Shown: positions 38,919 through 49,009 of the stretch, piece by piece
Position numbering within the stretch: the first letter of the stretch is position 1
How the letters are laid out: each line of letters opens with the position of its first letter
Assembly (NCBI GenBank): GCA_013288345.1
Contig: JABDCA010000001.1
Location: 13,417 to 77,416, forward strand
Length of the DNA: 64,000 nucleotides
Source of the DNA: Bacteroidota bacterium
GTDB lineage: Bacteria > Bacteroidota > Bacteroidia > JABEUT01
Direction of reading: 5' to 3'
The notes under the pieces: model-generated
Told to the model about the DNA's origin: nothing
The model's database searches: none
What the model saw: only the letters and a program-made list of their open reading frames with translations
Program-made: the position numbers and the translations under genes

Positions 38919-41900
38919 TTAGCGAATTAAAGTCAGGTAACCTTTGGTATTAAATGGCTTGCCTTTATTGTCACTAGCGGTAATTATATAATAGTATGTA
39001 CCGGCTGAAACAAGTTCACCCGCCATTGTCCTTCCTGTCCAATCGTTATTTGGGCCTGTTCCTTCAAAGATCAAAAGACCCCACCGATCGTAAATATCTA
39101 TCTTATAATTACTTAGGCCAAAAGCGTTCACATGGAATACATCATTTATTCCATCGCCATTTGGGGTAAATACATTAGGTGCAATTACACCTTCTTTCAC
39201 AAAAATACTTTCTGTTATAGAGTCTTTGCAACCAAGGGAATTACTGATATATAATGTAACATCATACGTTCCTCCGAAGTTATATATGTGATATGGCATT
39301 GAATCGGCTGAATTTCCGCCATCGCCAAAAGTCCACCAATTTGATGCACCACCACCAGTACTTAAATTCACAAACTCAACTGAGTCGCCTGATGCAATAG
39401 TATCTGGGATAGCACTGAAATTAGCTATAGGGTCGGTAAATGGAGCAATAAGTGTAACTGTATTTACGCAACCATGTGCATCGGTTACTGTCAATGTATA
39501 ACTACCAGAAGTAATAGTCGCCACTGAAGCATTTCCGCCTACCGGGTTCCAATTATATAAATACGGAGGTACGCCGCCTTTCGTACTATCTGTCGCTATA
39601 ACTATGTTACTGCACTCTAAACTATCGGTTACTTTCGAAATAAGCGCCGGTGGTTGGGTAATTGTATCATTTACTTTAACCTGGCATCCATCGGCAATAT
39701 AGGTTACAGTAACAGTATAAAAACCGGCAGTTAAGCCTATGCCTGTTGCATTATTACCGCCAATAGGGCTCCAATTATAACCATACAATGAAGTATCGCC
39801 TCCTATTACGCTTACTGTTGCACTTCCATTATTTCCTCCAAAACACAATACGTTTGTACTTGCCTTTATAGTAGCTGTCTGACCTATAGTATCAACGTAA
39901 GTACTTACGGTATCTTTACATCCATTAGCATCTGTAACAGTAACAGTATATGTTCCTTTACCCAGGTTATAAACTGTTGCTCCGTTTCCGGCACCACCAC
40001 TCCAGCTATAGGTATACGCGGGTGTACCTCCAACAACAACAACATCTGCGGTTCCATTATTTCCGCAGGTAGCAGAACTATTCCCTGCTACTGCAGCTAT
40101 TGCAAGCGGCTGTCCCACCACATCAGAAGTTGTAACGGTACATCCATTCTTATCTTTTATTGTTACAGTATAGGAGTTAGCCTGCAAGCCGGTAGCTGTA
40201 TCCCCGGTTTCTCCATTGCTCCAGTTATAGGTATACGATGGTACCCCACCCGATGCAATAACTGACATTGCCCCATTACTTCCACCAAAACAATTTGCGT
40301 TTACAATATTAGCAGGTGTTATTTGCCCTACCAAAACTGTTGGTTGATTGATATTAATTGTATCAATAAGTGTACAGTTATGAATATCGCTAACGACAAC
40401 TGTAAACTGACCTATTGTAAGATTATTAACTGAAGCTGTTGTTTCGCCTAATGGGCTCCAAGTATAAGTATATGGATTTGTGCCCCCTGTCATAACAACT
40501 GTTGCACCACCATCACTTCCGCCAAAGCAACTCACATTATTGCGGGCACTAAATGCTATAGTTGCCCCTGTATCTTCAATAATGGTAATGGCTGTAGCTA
40601 CACAACCATTTTTATCTGATATAAATACCTTATATATACCTGCGCCCAATCCTTTGGCAATACTGGTATTGCCTCCGCTAGGGCTCCAAAAATATGAATA
40701 TGGAGGTGTTCCACCGGTCACACTTGCTATAGCTTTTCCATTTGTACTATCACATGTAGCAACGGCGGAAGTTGCTGTAACAGTTGGAGAAGCTGTTACA
40801 TTTACTGTTCCTGTTTGCATAGTTGTACAACCGTTGGTATCTGTTACTGTAATGGTATAAGTGCCTGCAGCTAAACCAGTGGCCGCAGTAGTACTTCCGC
40901 CCTTAGGCGACCATGAATACGTATACGGCTCTGAGCCGCTAACTGTTGCGGTTGCTGTGCCATTAAAACTATCACAAGCTGTTGGTGTTGTTACTATCTT
41001 TATTGTTGGTATGGTATATGCACGTACAGTTACCTTTGTGGTATCAGTACATCCACCTAAAGTTCCTATTACCTTATAGGTTATTACACCTCCTGAAGCC
41101 GAAATTGTAGAAATAACATTACTACAGCTATCACAGTTCAAGCTGGCACCCGGGCTCCAAAAATAACTTGTAGCGCCACTGGCAGAAAGGTTTATGGGTG
41201 TAAAAGGGCATACCGGTATAGCAGGACCACTTATAACTACGTTTGGTTTAGGATTAACCTTAACAATAATAACTGAACTGTCTTTGCACCCTGTGCCCGT
41301 AACCCCAACAACGGTATAGGTAGTAGTTATTAATGGATTGGCTGTAACTACTGCATTATTCGTTGAGCTTAATCCGGTAGCAGGTTGCCAGGTATATGTT
41401 TGTCCTCCGCTTGCTGTTAAGCTTATTCCGTTTGCCCCTGCGCAAATAACCGGCGATGGATTATTTACAGTTATAAAATGAGGGGAAATAACAACAGTAT
41501 CGCTGAATATTGCTGAGCATCCATACAAAATAGATACTGAATATGTGGCAGCGCACAAATTTGTGGCGGTTTGGGTAGTTTGTCCATTGCTCCATACATA
41601 GGACAAGCTTGTTGAATCAATTTTGCCACATGACGAAAGGCTAACTTTTGCAGAACCATTACAGGCACATGAGGCAGAAGTGACTGTTTTAGATATTGAA
41701 AGTGCAGTAGATACATTAAACGAAGAAACAAAGGCTCTACCGGCTGCATATAATATTTTTTCGTTAGGGCCCAGCACTACATCGTACACAACGCCGGGTA
41801 GTTTAATGGTGCTCTTTAATGCAAGGGCTGAATTATATACGTTTATTGAAGTATTATTACCTGCATACAAATTATCGCATACATCTACATCAAGCCCGCC

Positions 41901-43505
41901 CCATGCAAAAGACGTACCCGATATTAGAATAGAACTAACAATTGCACCCGTAGTTTTATTTACTTTCTCTAACGAACTTCCATCGCTCATGTATAACCAG
42001 TTGCGGCTCACCGCCAAACCGTTCATTCCGTTTGTTGTACCAATTCCGGGGCCAGCATAGTTTACACTTGCCAGTTCAACAAATTTGTACCCGTCAGGCA
42101 CTATATATGAAGTTGGAGAGAGAGAAGGTAATGCCATTTTAAGCAACACATTTTTAAACTTAGCAGTATCAACTGCTGCTGCTTTAGCGGTAGCCATATA
42201 ACATGTGTCGCCTAAAGGATCAATTGCTGTAAACACCATACCATGGCCGGGGGCAGATGCTCCCAGCACATTTACATAGGTAAGTTTTGTCATGTTTGTA
42301 TCTAACGTACATGCCTGGTAAATATGGTTATTATCTCCGGCACCTATAACTAATGTATGGTTGCATGGGTTTATAACTGCCCTCCACATTTCGAGCACAT
42401 TGGTATCGCCTGGGAAGGTGGCTTTAAGGGCTCCTAATGTATTAACCTTTAATGCCCTGGCACCCGTAGCATGAGCACTTTCTAAAATATAACTTGTACC
42501 CGTAAATTTATCTACAGCAAAATCGCCATATATTAAACCGTCAATAGTAGATGCATTAAAGGTCCACTTAATTTTACCTATACTATCAATTTTAACTAAT
42601 TGAAACGGGTTATAACCACCATAGGCATATACGTTGCCCTTATCATCATAGTCTATATCATATGCCTTGTTATATGCCGCAGTAAATATGGGGTTGGTTG
42701 TCCAGGGATCAATAACTACTGTTGCCGATTGGTTATATATTTTACTTTCAGTAAATGACTCAACCGTTCCTTTGAGTGAATAGGAAATAGCAATACTTCC
42801 GCCTTTTTTATAAAAACTAACGGGAGCATGGTCAGTAAATTCCCCTATGCTTGTTTTTACAACTACGTTCCCTTCCTTATCGATGTGAGCACTTTGGGCA
42901 CCTGCATACTTCAATTTCACCAACGAAAGATCGGCACCCGGATGTAATACAATATTATATTTTATACCATCTTTATCTTTAGGGAAGCTGTATTCAATAT
43001 CTATACCGGGGTAAATGTTTCTGTAAATAATTTTTTTATAAACCAAAGCCTTTATAAATCCACTTTCACCAGTTGGGTATGTGTAATAATACTCTTGTTC
43101 CTCTTCAGCATCTATTGATACATTAGGGCTTGCGTTTTCCCATTCAACTGGTAAATATTGTGTAACCGGCTTCTCTAAACCCTTTGGGGAGTTATCTAAA
43201 TACTTATCATACCTGTATATAACTCCATGGGCAGTAAAGTATGCTTTTGCATCACCCAATTTAGCCTGAAAAAGTATTTTGTCGCTGCTGTTGGCCTCAC
43301 CATCAAACTGGCTGTTATTCTGAACAAATATTTGGTGATCAAGCGGGTTCACCTGCCATTTGGCCCTGGTACTTACTGAGGTATTATTAGTTGCACTTGT
43401 TGTTTTTGAATTTGTGCTTTGTCCAAATGTATTTTCGGTTATGAACAAACCCGCCACGAAAAGACCACAAAAAGAAATAATTTTAAAAGAGTACGATTTG
43501 TACAT
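38919..43505 (-). CDS. T9SS type B (gliding-motility CTD) large protein with SprB repeats and PKD domain
   Basis: N-terminal FVQNNSQF / IYPGIDIEY / TVVIDPW, SprB repeats, PKD WTFGDG...PYHIY, and CTD PNVFTPNGDGIND...IYDRWG...GTYYY. Confidence 0.9.
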   Translation of the reverse strand: MYKSYSFKIISFCGLFVAGLFITENTFGQSTNSKTTSATNNTSVSTRAKWQVNPLDHQIFVQNNSQFDGEANSSDKILFQAKLGDAKAYFTAHGVIYRYDKYLDNSPKGLEKPVTQYLPVEWENASPNVSIDAEEEQEYYYTYPTGESGFIKALVYKKIIYRNIYPGIDIEYSFPKDKDGIKYNIVLHPGADLSLVKLKYAGAQSAHIDKEGNVVVKTSIGEFTDHAPVSFYKKGGSIAISYSLKGTVESFTESKIYNQSATVVIDPWTTNPIFTAAYNKAYDIDYDDKGNVYAYGGYNPFQLVKIDSIGKIKWTFNASTIDGLIYGDFAVDKFTGTSYILESAHATGARALKVNTLGALKATFPGDTNVLEMWRAVINPCNHTLVIGAGDNNHIYQACTLDTNMTKLTYVNVLGASAPGHGMVFTAIDPLGDTCYMATAKAAAVDTAKFKNVLLKMALPSLSPTSYIVPDGYKFVELASVNYAGPGIGTTNGMNGLAVSRNWLYMSDGSSLEKVNKTTGAIVSSILISGTSFAWGGLDVDVCDNLYAGNNTSINVYNSALALKSTIKLPGVVYDVVLGPNEKILYAAGRAFVSSFNVSTALSISKTVTSASCACNGSAKVSLSSCGKIDSTSLSYVWSNGQTTQTATNLCAATYSVSILYGCSAIFSDTVVISPHFITVNNPSPVICAGANGISLTASGGQTYTWQPATGLSSTNNAVVTANPLITTTYTVVGVTGTGCKDSSVIIVKVNPKPNVVISGPAIPVCPFTPINLSASGATSYFWSPGASLNCDSCSNVISTISASGGVITYKVIGTLGGCTDTTKVTVRAYTIPTIKIVTTPTACDSFNGTATATVSGSEPYTYSWSPKGGSTTAATGLAAGTYTITVTDTNGCTTMQTGTVNVTASPTVTATSAVATCDSTNGKAIASVTGGTPPYSYFWSPSGGNTSIAKGLGAGIYKVFISDKNGCVATAITIIEDTGATIAFSARNNVSCFGGSDGGATVVMTGGTNPYTYTWSPLGETTASVNNLTIGQFTVVVSDIHNCTLIDTININQPTVLVGQITPANIVNANCFGGSNGAMSVIASGGVPSYTYNWSNGETGDTATGLQANSYTVTIKDKNGCTVTTSDVVGQPLAIAAVAGNSSATCGNNGTADVVVVGGTPAYTYSWSGGAGNGATVYNLGKGTYTVTVTDANGCKDTVSTYVDTIGQTATIKASTNVLCFGGNNGSATVSVIGGDTSLYGYNWSPIGGNNATGIGLTAGFYTVTVTYIADGCQVKVNDTITQPPALISKVTDSLECSNIVIATDSTKGGVPPYLYNWNPVGGNASVATITSGSYTLTVTDAHGCVNTVTLIAPFTDPIANFSAIPDTIASGDSVEFVNLSTGGGASNWWTFGDGGNSADSMPYHIYNFGGTYDVTLYISNSLGCKDSITESIFVKEGVIAPNVFTPNGDGINDVFHVNAFGLSNYKIDIYDRWGLLIFEGTGPNNDWTGRTMAGELVSAGTYYYIITASDNKGKPFNTKGYLTLIR

Positions 43506-43710
43506 TCTTATTTTTTAATTAACCCGAAATTACCAATATCGCTTGCCTCACTTGGGTTTCAATACCCCTAATATAGTGATTCTTACAAAGATAAAGGGTT
43601 TATTTCAATAGCTTACCGGCTGAAAACCAAAAAGAATTAACACCTAATAGTTAGTAGCGGAGTCTTTTTCACCAAAATAGTCTTCATAAAGGGTATGTCC
43701 GAAATTAAAA

Positions 43711-43731
43711 AAGCCTTAACAAATAAGGCTT
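43711..43731 (-). terminator. Intrinsic terminator of the RRM gene
   Basis: AAGCCTTA / TAAGGCTT stem followed by a T run on the minus strand. Confidence 0.6.
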
Positions 43732-43869
43732 AATCTTGGTAAAAGTTTGCTGCAATTTTATGTATACAAATCATATTGAATATGCTATAAAAAAACAGAG
43801 CATTGGCTATTCCCCAAACAATTGTTCAGAAAATAACCAATGCTTTATAAGAAAATGGGAAACCGAGGA

Positions 43870-44187
43870 CTATCTGTCCCTGTTGAAATCCCTTCTGTCC
43901 CTACCACCATCTCTGCCTCCGCCTGAGCTCCTGTTGGAACCTTCAGTTCTTGGCTTAGCAATAGATACAGAAATATTTCTGCCTTCGTGGTCACTCTCAT
44001 TGAGGCCATCAATAGCGCTTTGACCTTCGTCATCGCTTTTCATTTCAACGAAACCAAATCCCCTGGAACGACCAGTAAATTTATCGGTAACAATTTTACA
44101 TGAAGTAACTTCACCGTAGTTTTGAAACAACTGTTTTAAGGATTCTTCATCAACCTTAAAGCTTAAATTAGATACAAAAATGTTCAT
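43870..44187 (-). CDS. RRM RNA-binding protein
   Basis: RNP2 IFVSNL, RNP1 RGFGFVEM and a Gly/Arg tail. Confidence 0.95.
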   Translation of the reverse strand: MNIFVSNLSFKVDEESLKQLFQNYGEVTSCKIVTDKFTGRSRGFGFVEMKSDDEGQSAIDGLNESDHEGRNISVSIAKPRTEGSNRSSGGGRDGGRDRRDFNRDR

Positions 44188-44290
44188 GATTAAATTTGAA
44201 TAAATTATTAAGCTACAAATGTAATATTATATCTCATCATTATGAAATAAATAGCAAAAAAACACCAAATTAATTATTTAGGGCTATTTA

Positions 44291-44536
44291 TTACGAAATT
44301 TTGGTCCATATATGGTTAGGGGCCTTACGGCAACCCTGAACAACAGGTACTGTATGTGTATTAACCTTAACTCCACAGGCATCGCACACATATTTATCCA
44401 ATCCTTTTTCACCCATTGTTATCCAACGGTGAAACGATGCACTTTTGCAGCCTCTTATCTTGGGGGTAGTGGTTTTAACCTCTACTTCAGCACATTCGGC
44501 ACAGCAATATACTTTTAATAACTTGGTTTTATTCAT
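44291..44536 (-). CDS. Small protein with two C-x2-C...P-x3-GC...H-x-W repeats (putative Zn binding)
   Basis: YCCAEC...PKIRGC...FHRW and YVCDAC...PVVQGC...NHIW. Confidence 0.7.
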   Translation of the reverse strand: MNKTKLLKVYCCAECAEVEVKTTTPKIRGCKSASFHRWITMGEKGLDKYVCDACGVKVNTHTVPVVQGCRKAPNHIWTKIS

Positions 44537-44664
44537 TATAGGGGCGGTAATAGATTTTTGTAAATATACCCCCTTTTCCGTTCTACAGTTAAAAGATATT
44601 TATAACCTGTATGAATAGACAGGATTGAAGGGTCGAATTATTTCGCCTTAAAATAGAAAAGACG

Positions 44665-45543
44665 TTAGGCCATTGCCCGGCTGCTCTCCCTCATTCTGTG
44701 AAGGCGCTTTGTTTTGGTTCGAAACTTTGGTATAAATAATGCCAAAATATAAACCCTTAGTATATACCACCAAAAGTTATTTTCAATTAGGGCAGGGTCA
44801 ATCAGATGTACAATTTTTTTATGCTCTGCAGGCACTTTGCTCCAATGTATGCCTGCTTTATCGTGATGCACTGTATGAAGGCCGTTATTGAGCAGGAAAA
44901 AATTAATAAAGAACCCAACAAAATTGCGTGAATGGTTTATTTCCGACTCTTCATCGGCATGCACATGCTGAACATAATTAAATATAAGCACACTAAAGCC
45001 CGACATTTGCTGTGGTATAATAACAAACAACAAAGCCTTTTTCCAGTCCAGAAGCAGCGCCGCACCAACAAACAGTATAAGTACTGCAAGTTGTACATAG
45101 CATAAATAATACTGGCTCTTTGATTTTACTTTCACATCTTTAAGGTAGCCCCTGAGCACAACTTGCTGAGAATACAAACTTACAGCAGGGTATGTAAGCA
45201 AGGTAAGCAGGTTATTCCTTTCGCTTATGCGATATGTAATTGTATAGTCGCCTTCTTTATTGTTCAGGGTATGGTGGTTCTTATTATGAGTGGGAATCCA
45301 TGCCCATACCGGGAAGCCATAAAAGCAACTAAGCCACCAGTCGGTAAGTATATTAAGTGTTTTGTTCCTCCATATTGGTAAGTGGTTATGGTTGTGCGCC
45401 ATTACAGCAACAATAACAGCCATAAACAAGCACCACACATATAAGTAAGGATTTACCGATTTCAAATTCCATTGAACAATAAGCAATGCAGTTGTTATTG
45501 CCATGTATATGATCGACTTGATATCTGCTTTATATCTTAACAT
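44665..45543 (-). CDS. Membrane fatty acid desaturase family protein
   Basis: His boxes HNHNH, HNKNHH and HTVHH; NYVQH. Confidence 0.9.
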   Translation of the reverse strand: MLRYKADIKSIIYMAITTALLIVQWNLKSVNPYLYVWCLFMAVIVAVMAHNHNHLPIWRNKTLNILTDWWLSCFYGFPVWAWIPTHNKNHHTLNNKEGDYTITYRISERNNLLTLLTYPAVSLYSQQVVLRGYLKDVKVKSKSQYYLCYVQLAVLILFVGAALLLDWKKALLFVIIPQQMSGFSVLIFNYVQHVHADEESEINHSRNFVGFFINFFLLNNGLHTVHHDKAGIHWSKVPAEHKKIVHLIDPALIENNFWWYILRVYILALFIPKFRTKTKRLHRMRESSRAMA

Positions 45544-45620
45544 CTTACTAATTTATTACAGTTTTTAAAAATACGTTTTTATTTACAAATGAAGCGTTTT
45601 CATTTACAAATTCGCATTAT

Positions 45621-45935
45621 TTAAATGTGCAAAGGCATTACAAATTCAATGCTTATTACATCATCGCCATTAATAATAATGCTGTGTTTAGCACTATATA
45701 CGCCTTTTTTATTGTGCTCATCTCTAAATGCTTTAAAATTATTACGCGGTATAAACCTGTATTGGTTCTTTTCTTTTAGTTCGGTATAATCGCCAAAAGA
45801 ATTAAAGTAACCGTAATGGTTAACATCGTCCTTGCACATTACCCTGGTAACGGTAGGGTTTAGGCCCACTGCATACCTATCATCTATAAGGCGGGTAATT
45901 TCTTCTTTACTCATTGGTGCAAATGTCTCTGTCAT
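45621..45935 (-). CDS. Hypothetical protein
   Basis: 104-aa ORF with ATG and protein-like composition. Confidence 0.65.
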   Translation of the reverse strand: MTETFAPMSKEEITRLIDDRYAVGLNPTVTRVMCKDDVNHYGYFNSFGDYTELKEKNQYRFIPRNNFKAFRDEHNKKGVYSAKHSIIINGDDVISIEFVMPLHI

Positions 45936-45972
45936 GGTATTTCGTTTTAATGATTATTAAATAAGTTAAAAA

Positions 45973-45994
45973 GGGGCATCATAAATGATGCCCC
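45973..45994 (-). terminator. Intrinsic terminator of the DEAD-box gene
   Basis: GGGGCATCAT / ATGATGCCCC stem followed by TTTTT on the minus strand. Confidence 0.8.
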
Positions 45995-46006
45995 AATAAT
46001 GCTCGT

Positions 46007-47140
46007 TTAGGAAAAAGGATGAGATTTTATAACATCAATATCTTTTTTAATAAGCTTATGTATGTTTTTCAGGTATATCCTTTCTTCTGAATTACAAAAT
46101 GACCATGCAGTACCTGATTCACCAGCTCTGCCTGTACGGCCAATACGGTGAACGTAGGTTTCTGCCTGTTCAGGTATTTCGAAGTTAATTACGTGGGTAA
46201 GTTTATCCACATCAATACCACGAGATGCTATATCGGTTGCAACCAATACACGAATGGCTTTGCTCTTAAAGCCTTTCAGTGCTCTTTCGCGTGCATTCTG
46301 CGATTTGTTACCATGTATAGCTTCAGCTTTTATTCCGTTGCGGTTAAGGTCTTTTACTACCTTATCGGCTCCGTGCTTGGTACGTGTAAATACCAATGCA
46401 TTAGCTATTGAATCATCCTTAAGCAAATGGCTTAACAATGGTTTCTTTTTTTCCTGGCTTACATAGTAAACAGCCTGCTTTATTAAATTAGCTGTAGCTG
46501 TAACCGGAGTTATATTTACATTAACCGGATTACGCAACATTGAATCGGCAAGCCTTTTTATTTCAACCGGTGCTGTGGCCGAAAAGAAAACCGTTTGGCG
46601 TTTTGCAGGTAGCCTGGCAATTATCTTTTTAATGTCGTTAATAAAGCCCATGTCCAGCATCTGGTCTGCTTCATCTAATACAAGGTATTCAACTGCATTC
46701 AGTCGAACATGGCCCTGGTTCATTAAATCGAGCAAACGGCCGGGGGTAGCTACAACTATATCAACCCCTTTACGAAGTGCATTGATTTGTGAATGTTGCG
46801 ATACGCCACCAAATATTACCATGTGCCTGATCTGTAAATTAGACCCATACGCGCTGAAGCTTTCGTTTATTTGCAGAGCCAGTTCGCGGGTTGGAGCCAG
46901 TATAAGGGCCTTTATGCCTGTATTGTTATTACCACTTGCCTTTTTTGCATGTAAAAACTGAAGTATTGGCAGTGCAAAAGCTGCTGTTTTACCTGTTCCT
47001 GTTTGTGCACATCCAAAAATGTCGTTTCCTTGTAATATACTCGGAATAGCTTTTTCCTGGATGGGTGTAGGTTCGGAATAACCTTGTTTACTTAAAGCAC
47101 TGAGTAGGGGAGCTATAAGATTTAAGTCTTGAAATGTCAT
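46007..47140 (-). CDS. DEAD-box RNA helicase (RhlE-like)
   Basis: Q motif PTPIQ, AQTGTGKT, PTRELA, TPGRLLD, DEAD, SAT, SRGIDV and HRIGRTGR. Confidence 0.96.
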   Translation of the reverse strand: MTFQDLNLIAPLLSALSKQGYSEPTPIQEKAIPSILQGNDIFGCAQTGTGKTAAFALPILQFLHAKKASGNNNTGIKALILAPTRELALQINESFSAYGSNLQIRHMVIFGGVSQHSQINALRKGVDIVVATPGRLLDLMNQGHVRLNAVEYLVLDEADQMLDMGFINDIKKIIARLPAKRQTVFFSATAPVEIKRLADSMLRNPVNVNITPVTATANLIKQAVYYVSQEKKKPLLSHLLKDDSIANALVFTRTKHGADKVVKDLNRNGIKAEAIHGNKSQNARERALKGFKSKAIRVLVATDIASRGIDVDKLTHVINFEIPEQAETYVHRIGRTGRAGESGTAWSFCNSEERIYLKNIHKLIKKDIDVIKSHPFS

Positions 47141-47477
47141 TGAATTATATAATTATTAAATTAAAAATAGGGCACGCCGAAAAAACGGCTTACCGTTGTT
47201 ACCTTTAATGAAAAGCGTAAAATCTATTGAATTGAATGGGTGAGAACCACCAACAGATAAAGATACAATCTTCGTTAAGAAGTTATACAAATATACGATA
47301 ATTATCGAAGCACCGACAACTCATGCTGTAAATACCAGCTTGCTGTGTATCAAAAACACTCACAGGGTTGCATCATTTTTATTGATAATAACAATAAATA
47401 ACAATAGATTTTTTTGATAATATTTTTAGTAAATACACAACAATTAATTGACAATCAAATACTTACATTAAATTAGG

Positions 47478-48932
47478 CTATTTTACCCTCTTATTGTTCT
47501 TATAAAGGCAAAATATGGTGGTTTGGTATACCAAAGTCGTAGAATCAATTATCAGAGGATTTCTTGAAAGGAAGTAATCATTATATAATTTGCCATGTGT
47601 TTTAAATGCATCCTTATACTGCATTTCATCCATCGGGTATCGGGTAATTTTATTTACCACATAGGTTATCGGTAACTTATCGGTAGTTGAAAACGGTAAG
47701 TGCGTATATAAATAAATAAGGGGAGCATAGTTTATATCGTCGAGCACCATTAACACATGCCTTGGCTTACCCGGTTCAATCTTATCTTTTATCTGTTCAA
47801 CTTGCGTATTTAATAATGATAGTTTTTCATTTACCGTGTAATTATCTTTACGAAGTTTAATTTGGGCCGCAGCCTTTAAATAGGTTATGGGAGCAAATAG
47901 CAGCAATATGGCAATGGTCAGCCTTTTAATATTGGTAATGCCCGTATAAAATAGGGGTACAATTAATAAAGGATAAAAATAGGCCGTCTGCTTATTTAGG
48001 AACGAACTGAGTGGCACATAAAAAACCAATAAGCCCAGCAGCGAAAGAGCTGAAATTATACAAGCGCTGAGTACCAGTTTATTTTTTGTTACCACATAAT
48101 TATATAAAGCTAATACCATTAGCAATACATATAGCAGGTCGTAAAACGAATTACTATTTGTGGCAAAGGAATATATATTTCCAAAAGAAGTTTTAATTGC
48201 AAGAGCAATATTATGGAACGATATTCCGTCGTGCATAAGATCGGGTATAATACCTGCAACATAAGGAGCATTGAAATAATGCATGTACATTATTACAATA
48301 AAAAGTACCCCTATGCAAATACTTGCAATTCTAATCCAATCCTTTTTTGTAACAGCAAATGCAAGCAAGCCAAATACCCATAACACAGTTGTTACCCTGA
48401 ATAAAGAAAAGAATAATATCAGCAGAACATATACCCCTATATCTGTTGAATATGGTTTTCCTTGTAAATCTTTATCATATATTTTCTTCAGCTTGAGTAT
48501 TAGTATTGTATCAAAAAAAAGATGAAGTGGCTCTGGATAGAATTGGAATATATATACCACAAACACATAGCAGGACAAAAATGCAGTGGAGATTAAAAGT
48601 TTGGTTTGTAATTCAAAATTGGACCTGTAAATAACTAGAATAGCACCCAGAAAACATAAAATATTCAGTACCAAAAAATTATAGACATGGAATCCAAAAA
48701 CTTTTGTAATAAGGCCATATAATAAAGGATACATAGGGCCATACCAGTTACATTGCCCTATAGGCGAAACATCTTCATTTACTGCAATGGGAGCAGATAT
48801 GGAGCCTGCTTCATTAAATAATCTGGCTGAATTATAATACGTGCACTCATCGGGCTCGGCAACAAAATAGCGCCCACCCCAACAGGCATAACCAATAAGC
48901 ACTATAAGCGCAGCAAAAAAAACAAGCTGCAA
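47478..48932 (-). CDS. Multi-TM membrane protein, GT-C-like glycosyltransferase candidate
   Basis: Acidic EPDECTYY loop after the first TM, about 10-12 TM segments and a soluble C-terminus. Confidence 0.55.
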   Translation of the reverse strand: MQLVFFAALIVLIGYACWGGRYFVAEPDECTYYNSARLFNEAGSISAPIAVNEDVSPIGQCNWYGPMYPLLYGLITKVFGFHVYNFLVLNILCFLGAILVIYRSNFELQTKLLISTAFLSCYVFVVYIFQFYPEPLHLFFDTILILKLKKIYDKDLQGKPYSTDIGVYVLLILFFSLFRVTTVLWVFGLLAFAVTKKDWIRIASICIGVLFIVIMYMHYFNAPYVAGIIPDLMHDGISFHNIALAIKTSFGNIYSFATNSNSFYDLLYVLLMVLALYNYVVTKNKLVLSACIISALSLLGLLVFYVPLSSFLNKQTAYFYPLLIVPLFYTGITNIKRLTIAILLLFAPITYLKAAAQIKLRKDNYTVNEKLSLLNTQVEQIKDKIEPGKPRHVLMVLDDINYAPLIYLYTHLPFSTTDKLPITYVVNKITRYPMDEMQYKDAFKTHGKLYNDYFLSRNPLIIDSTTLVYQTTIFCLYKNNKRVK

Positions 48933-49009
48933 TGCAATTAAAATCTTTTTATGATCAACAGCTAAATTAATATGGAAATATATTTAACCCTTTATAGATA
49001 CTGAAACTC

